The notes under the pieces are model-generated. The model made no database searches and had not been told where the DNA came from. It saw only the letters and a list, made by a program, of their open reading frames with translations. DNA of 64,000 nucleotides, from positions 4,928,001 to 4,992,000 of the forward strand of contig CAVTTN010000002.1 of assembly GCA_963737655.1 (NCBI GenBank), in the 5' to 3' direction. The translations under genes were made by a program, and so were the position numbers. Position 1 is the stretch's first letter, and each line of letters starts with the position of its first letter. The DNA comes from an uncultured Planctomycetota bacterium (GTDB lineage Bacteria > Planctomycetota > Planctomycetia > Isosphaerales > Isosphaeraceae). Positions 59,801 to 64,000 of the stretch are shown here, in pieces.

Positions 59801-62800
59801 CGTCAACGACGCCTTCCCCGACGGGCCGCCGACGATCTCCGTCGACAACGGCCCGGCCCACGGCGTCCTGAATCTCTCCGACGACGGCTCGTTCACCTAC
59901 GTCCCGGCGGCCAACTACAACGGCCCGGACAGCTTCACCTACCACCTCGCCAACGACTCGGGGATGACCAGCGCCTCGGTCACGGTCTCCCTGACCGTCG
60001 TGCCCGTCCCCGACGCCCCGATCGGCACCCCGGACTCGTACTCGACCACCGAGGGCTCGCCGATCACCGTCGGCGCCGGCGGCGTCCTGGTCAATGACGT
60101 GAACGTGGACGGCGACGCCCTCCACGCCGAGCTGGTCGCCGCCCCGACTCACGGGACGGTGGTCCTCAACGCCGACGGCTCGTTCACCTACACCCCGGCG
60201 GCCCACTACAACGGCCCGGACAGCTTCACCTACGTGCCGGTGAATACCTCCCTCTCCGGCTCGCCCACCGTCGTCAACCTGACCGTCAGCCCGGTCCCGA
60301 CCGCGCCGACGGCCGCCCCGGACAGCTTCACGACCAACGAGGACTCGCCGCTGACGGTCTCCGCCCCCGGCATCCTCGTCAACGACGCCTTCCCCGACGG
60401 GCCGCCGACGATCTCCGTCGACAACGGCCCGGCCCACGGCGTCCTGAATCTGTCCGACGACGGCTCGTTCACCTACGTCCCGGCGGCCAACTACAACGGC
60501 CCGGACAGCTTCACCTATCACCTCGCCAACGACTCGGGGATGACCAGCACCTCGGTCACGGTCTCCCTGACCGTCGTGCCCGTCGCCGACGCCCCGGTCG
60601 CCGTCGATGACTCCTATTCCACGAACGAGAACGCCTCGCTGACGGTCAACGCCTCGGGCGTCCTGACCAACGACGTGAACGTGGACGGCGACACGCTCCA
60701 CGCCGAGCTGGTCTCCGCCCCGGCACACGGGACGGTCTCGCTGAACTCCGACGGGACGTTCACCTACACCCCGGCGGCGTACTTCCACGGGACCGACACG
60801 TTCACGTACAACGCCGTGAACACCTCGAAGCGAGGCGTCCTCCCGGCGACGGTCACGATCACCGTGAACCCGGTCCCGGTCCCGCCGACGGCCGTGAATG
60901 ACGCCTTCACCCTGAAGGAAGACCAGACCCTCACCATCGCCGGCCCCGGCATCCTCCTGAACGACGCCAACCCCGACGGCGGGACGCCCACGATCACCGT
61001 CGTGAACGGGACGCAGGACGGCACCTTGACGGTCTCTCCGTCGGGCGGGATCACCTACGTCCCGTCGGCGAACTTCAACGGGTCGGACAGCTTCACGTAT
61101 TACCTGACGAACCTCGCCGGCCAGAACAGCGGGACGGCCACCGTCTCGCTGACGATCACGCCGGTCCCCGACGCCCCGGTGGCCGTCGCCGACGCCTTCA
61201 CGACGAACGAGGGGTCGCCTCTCGTCGTGAGCCACAACGGCGTCCTCCGCAACGACACGAACGTGGACGGCGACGCCCTCCACGCCGAGCTCGCCGACGC
61301 CCCGAGCCACGGCTCCGTGGCCCTCAACGCCGACGGGACGTTCACCTACACGCCGGACCTCCACTTCTTCGGGACCGACTCGTTCACCTACAACGCGGTG
61401 AACACGTCCCTGAGCAGCGTCAGCCCGGCGACCGTGACCATCACCGTCCGCCCGGTGCCCACCGCGCCGACGGCGGCCGACGATCACTTCTCCCTCCTGG
61501 AGGACCAGACGCTCTCGGTGCCCGCGCCGGGCCTCCTCCTGAACGACACCAACCCCGACGGCGGGACGCCGAAGATCACGATCGACAACGCCCCGCTCCA
61601 CGGCGGCCTCTCGGCCAACGCCGACGGCTCGTTCACCTACGTCCCGATGCCGAACTACAACGGCCCGGACAGCTTCCAGTATCACCTGACCAGCGCCGCC
61701 GGCCTGACCAGCGCCCCGGCGACGGTCTCCCTGACCGTGGTCTCGGTCGCCGACGCCCCGGTGGCGATCAATGACGCCTATTCGACCAACGAGAACTCGC
61801 CGCTCGTGGTCAGCGAGTCGGGCGTGTTCCAGAACGACGTGAACGTCGATGGCGACACGCTCCACGCCCAGCTCGTGGACGCCCCGAGCCACGGCAGCGT
61901 CTCGCTGAACGCCGACGGGACGTTCAGCTACACCCCGGCCCCGAACTTCCACGGGACCGACTCGTTCACCTACCTCGCCGTGAACACCTCGCTGGCCAGC
62001 GCCTCCCCGGCGACGGTCACGATCACGGTCCGCCCGGTCAACCAGGCCCCGGTGGCCATCGCCGACGCCTTCAACACCGACGAGAACCGGACGCTGACGA
62101 TCCCCGCCCCGGGGATCCTCGGCAACGATTCGGACGCCGAAGGGCCGGACATCACGGCCGTCCTGATCAACACCACCCAGCACGGGACGCTCTCGCTGCA
62201 CCCCGACGGCTCGTTCGTGTACGTGCCCGGGGCCGGCTTCTCGGGCGTGGATACGTTCACCTATCGGGCGTCCGACGGCCAGCTCTCCAGCCCGCCGACG
62301 ACCGTCACGATCAACGTCGGGGCGATCGCGGCCACCACCGTGGCGCTCGACCCCGCCAGCGACACCGGGGTCTCCAGCACCGACCGGATCACCAACGACA
62401 AGACGCCGACGTTCCTCGGGACGACGGCGGCCGGGGTCACGGTGAAGCTGTTCGCCCAGCCCCTCGGCTCGACGGCCGCCCCGACGCTCGTCGGCACGAC
62501 CACGGCCGACGACTACGGCAACTACCGGGTCACCTCCAACCCCCTGGCCGACGGCCAGTACGCCTTCGTCGTCGCGACGTTCCGGCCCGACGGCCTGCCC
62601 ACCGGGGCCTCGATCGCCGGAGGCACGTTGATGATCGACACGGTCGCGCCGACGCTCCAGAGCACCAGCTCGACCCGAAGACCGGCCAGGTCTACCTGGT
62701 CTTCAGCGACGGGGCCTCCGGGATGTCCGAGACGAGCATGGGCACCGTGACCAACTACGCCTTCGCCAAGCTCTTCACGAATTCCCCGAGGGCGTTCGCC

Positions 62801-63277
62801 GTCAACAGCGCCACCTGCCTGAACACCGGGGCGCCCGGATCTCCGCAGACGGTGGTGCTGAACGTCTTCAAGGGCCACGGCCTGAAGAAGGGCAAGTACC
62901 TCCTCGGCGTGATCTCCGGCGGGATCACCGACATGGCCGGCAACGCCATGAACGGGGCCCTGGTCAGCGGGTTCCCGACCGGCACCGGCACCTCGGGCAC
63001 CGGCTTCTCGGCCGAGTTCGTGAACAACGGCCACGACATCTCCACCGCCGTGCAGACCGGCCAGTTCGTGCCGGTCGTCTCGGCCCAGCCGGGCAAGGCG
63101 CCGACGATCAGCTACACCACGGCGACCTCGCCGACGGCCCTCCCCTCCGGCCCTCTCTCGCAGAGCGGCAAGAAGAAGGGCCACCACGCCAAGCCCGCCG
63201 CGGTCTCGGCCCAGTCCGTGACCTCCCCGGCCCTCCACAAGCTCTCGATCGCCCACCGGGCCCGCAAGGCCCATTGA
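53804..63277 (+). CDS. Giant secreted surface protein (~3,158 aa): LEPRxLL-type N-terminus, autotransporter-associated beta-strand repeats, ~16 tandem Ig-like repeats; three apparent single-base deletions (~57302, ~57731, ~62666)
   Basis: IEDLESRSLMA; repeated GG..K.G.GTL.L.G.NTYTG.T.VDDGTL; 16 G(S/T)F.Y.P..G.DSF.Y units. Four ORF pieces in successive frames each rejoin by adding one C to a C-run. Confidence 0.88.
59430..60581 (+). repeat. Intragenic near-identical tandem duplication, 576-bp period (two Ig domains per unit)
   Basis: Long identical DNA blocks at 59450/60026 and 59775/60351, offset exactly 576. Confidence 0.85.
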
Positions 63278-63311
63278 TCGATCGCCGGGCGAAGCCCGTG
63301 GAAACCGCGAG

Positions 63312-63346
63312 AGGCCCCGCGTCGCCCACCAGGCGGCGCGGGGCCT
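63312..63346. terminator. Hairpin between the convergent giant-protein and RluA genes (probable terminator)
   Basis: AGGCCCCGCGTCGCC-CACCA-GGCGGCGCGGGGCCT stem-loop 35 bp after the stop. Confidence 0.65.
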
Positions 63347-63359
63347 TCCTCGTTCGCGA

Positions 63360-64000
63360 TCAAATCACGATCCCCGAAGCGGCCCACGACGCCGGCAACG
63401 GCGCCTCGACGCTCAGGGCCTCGTCCCGGATCGGGTGGCGGAACCCCAGCGATCGCGCATGGAGGGCGATCCCCTCGGGGAAGCCCACGGTCGATCCATA
63501 CGCCGAATCGCCCAGGATCGGCGCCCCTCGCGAGGCCGATTGGACCCGCAATTGATGGGTCCGGCCGGTCTCGGGGAGGAGCCGGAGGAGGCTCGTCCGT
63601 TCGGGGAGGGACGACGCCTCGACCCTCTCGAACCGGGTGAAGGCCCGGCGGGCCCGGGGCGTCCCGGCCCGGCAGACCTGGACCCGGCCCAGCCCGGTGT
63701 CCTCCTCGTACAGCCAGTCTTCCCATTCGCCCCGATCGATGGGAAGCTCGCCCGAGACGGCCGCGAGGTATTGCTTGCGGACGCTTCGCGAGGCGAATTG
63801 TTCGGCCATCCTCCGGGCCGCCTTGGGCGTCTTCGCCCAGAGCAGGACGCCCGAGACCGGCGAATCGAGCCGATGGACCGTCCCGAGATACGCCGGGGGC
63901 GCCCCGTCCCGGTCGAGATACGCCCGGACCTGCATCTCGGCCGAGCCGGGCCGCCCCTGGGTGGCGGTCCCGGCCGGCTTGTCGATGGCCAGCAAGTGGG
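63360..64000 (-). CDS. RluA-family pseudouridine synthase (5' end outside window)
   Basis: DKPAG, VHRLDSPVSG (catalytic Asp), TGRTHQLRVQ, PILGD..YG and LHA motifs. Confidence 0.95.
   Translation of the reverse strand, partial: HLLAIDKPAGTATQGRPGSAEMQVRAYLDRDGAPPAYLGTVHRLDSPVSGVLLWAKTPKAARRMAEQFASRSVRKQYLAAVSGELPIDRGEWEDWLYEEDTGLGRVQVCRAGTPRARRAFTRFERVEASSLPERTSLLRLLPETGRTHQLRVQSASRGAPILGDSAYGSTVGFPEGIALHARSLGFRHPIRDEALSVEAPLPASWAASGIVI

Noticed and set aside
59430..60581. Near-identical repeat pair as a DGR template/variable repeat
   Set aside because: Both copies are in-frame coding, differences are not adenine-specific, and no reverse transcriptase gene is present
57540..62201. Very long antisense ORFs (1553 aa here; also 53627..57220, 17627..20581, 49551..52694, 42422..45034, 40117..42579)
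   Set aside because: Shadow frames opposite well-supported genes; high GC3 suppresses stops and the translations show no domains
57290..62700. Programmed frameshifting or phase variation in the giant protein
   Set aside because: Runs are only 2-3 C, with no slippery heptamers, and the same indel type occurs in mfd and other housekeeping genes
1..64000. tRNA, rRNA, tmRNA, riboswitch, IS or prophage genes
   Set aside because: None recognisable by eye; a covariance-model scan would be needed to exclude small RNAs

Overview
High-GC (roughly 70% by eye) bacterial chromosome segment, almost certainly Planctomycetota and probably Isosphaeraceae-like. The evidence is a PVC small basic signature protein, two proteins with the planctomycete LEPRxLL-type N-terminus, and a planctomycete-style TolC-like/MacAB exporter. 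It holds about 50 genes. Housekeeping genes are aroC, purC, mfd, pdxJ, greA and a RluA-family gene. Others include an ExbB-ExbD-ExbD set, lemA plus an M48 protease, two diguanylate cyclases, several oxidoreductases, an FG-GAP surface protein and a ~3,158-aa beta-helix/Ig-repeat surface protein. Ten single-base frameshifts in eight genes (including mfd) fall in or beside short C/G runs and are best read as long-read consensus errors. I saw no rRNA, tRNA, CRISPR array, transposase or prophage. The most notable features are three. (1) Two long perfect intergenic palindromes (69-bp arms around a very AT-rich 130-bp core; 44-bp arms) share a cryptic ACC-RCNAAG-WC-RCNAAG-NNC-RCNAAG periodic pattern and bracket one gene. 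(2) That bracketed gene encodes a secreted redoxin + heme-c + copper type II monooxygenase-like fusion with a full PHM/DBH-type ligand set. (3) There are several further REP-like palindromes, a stand-alone desulforedoxin-like mini-protein, tandem lipoproteins I could not assign, and an orphan membrane-anchored TAXI protein. All family assignments come from motif recognition by eye; no searches were run.
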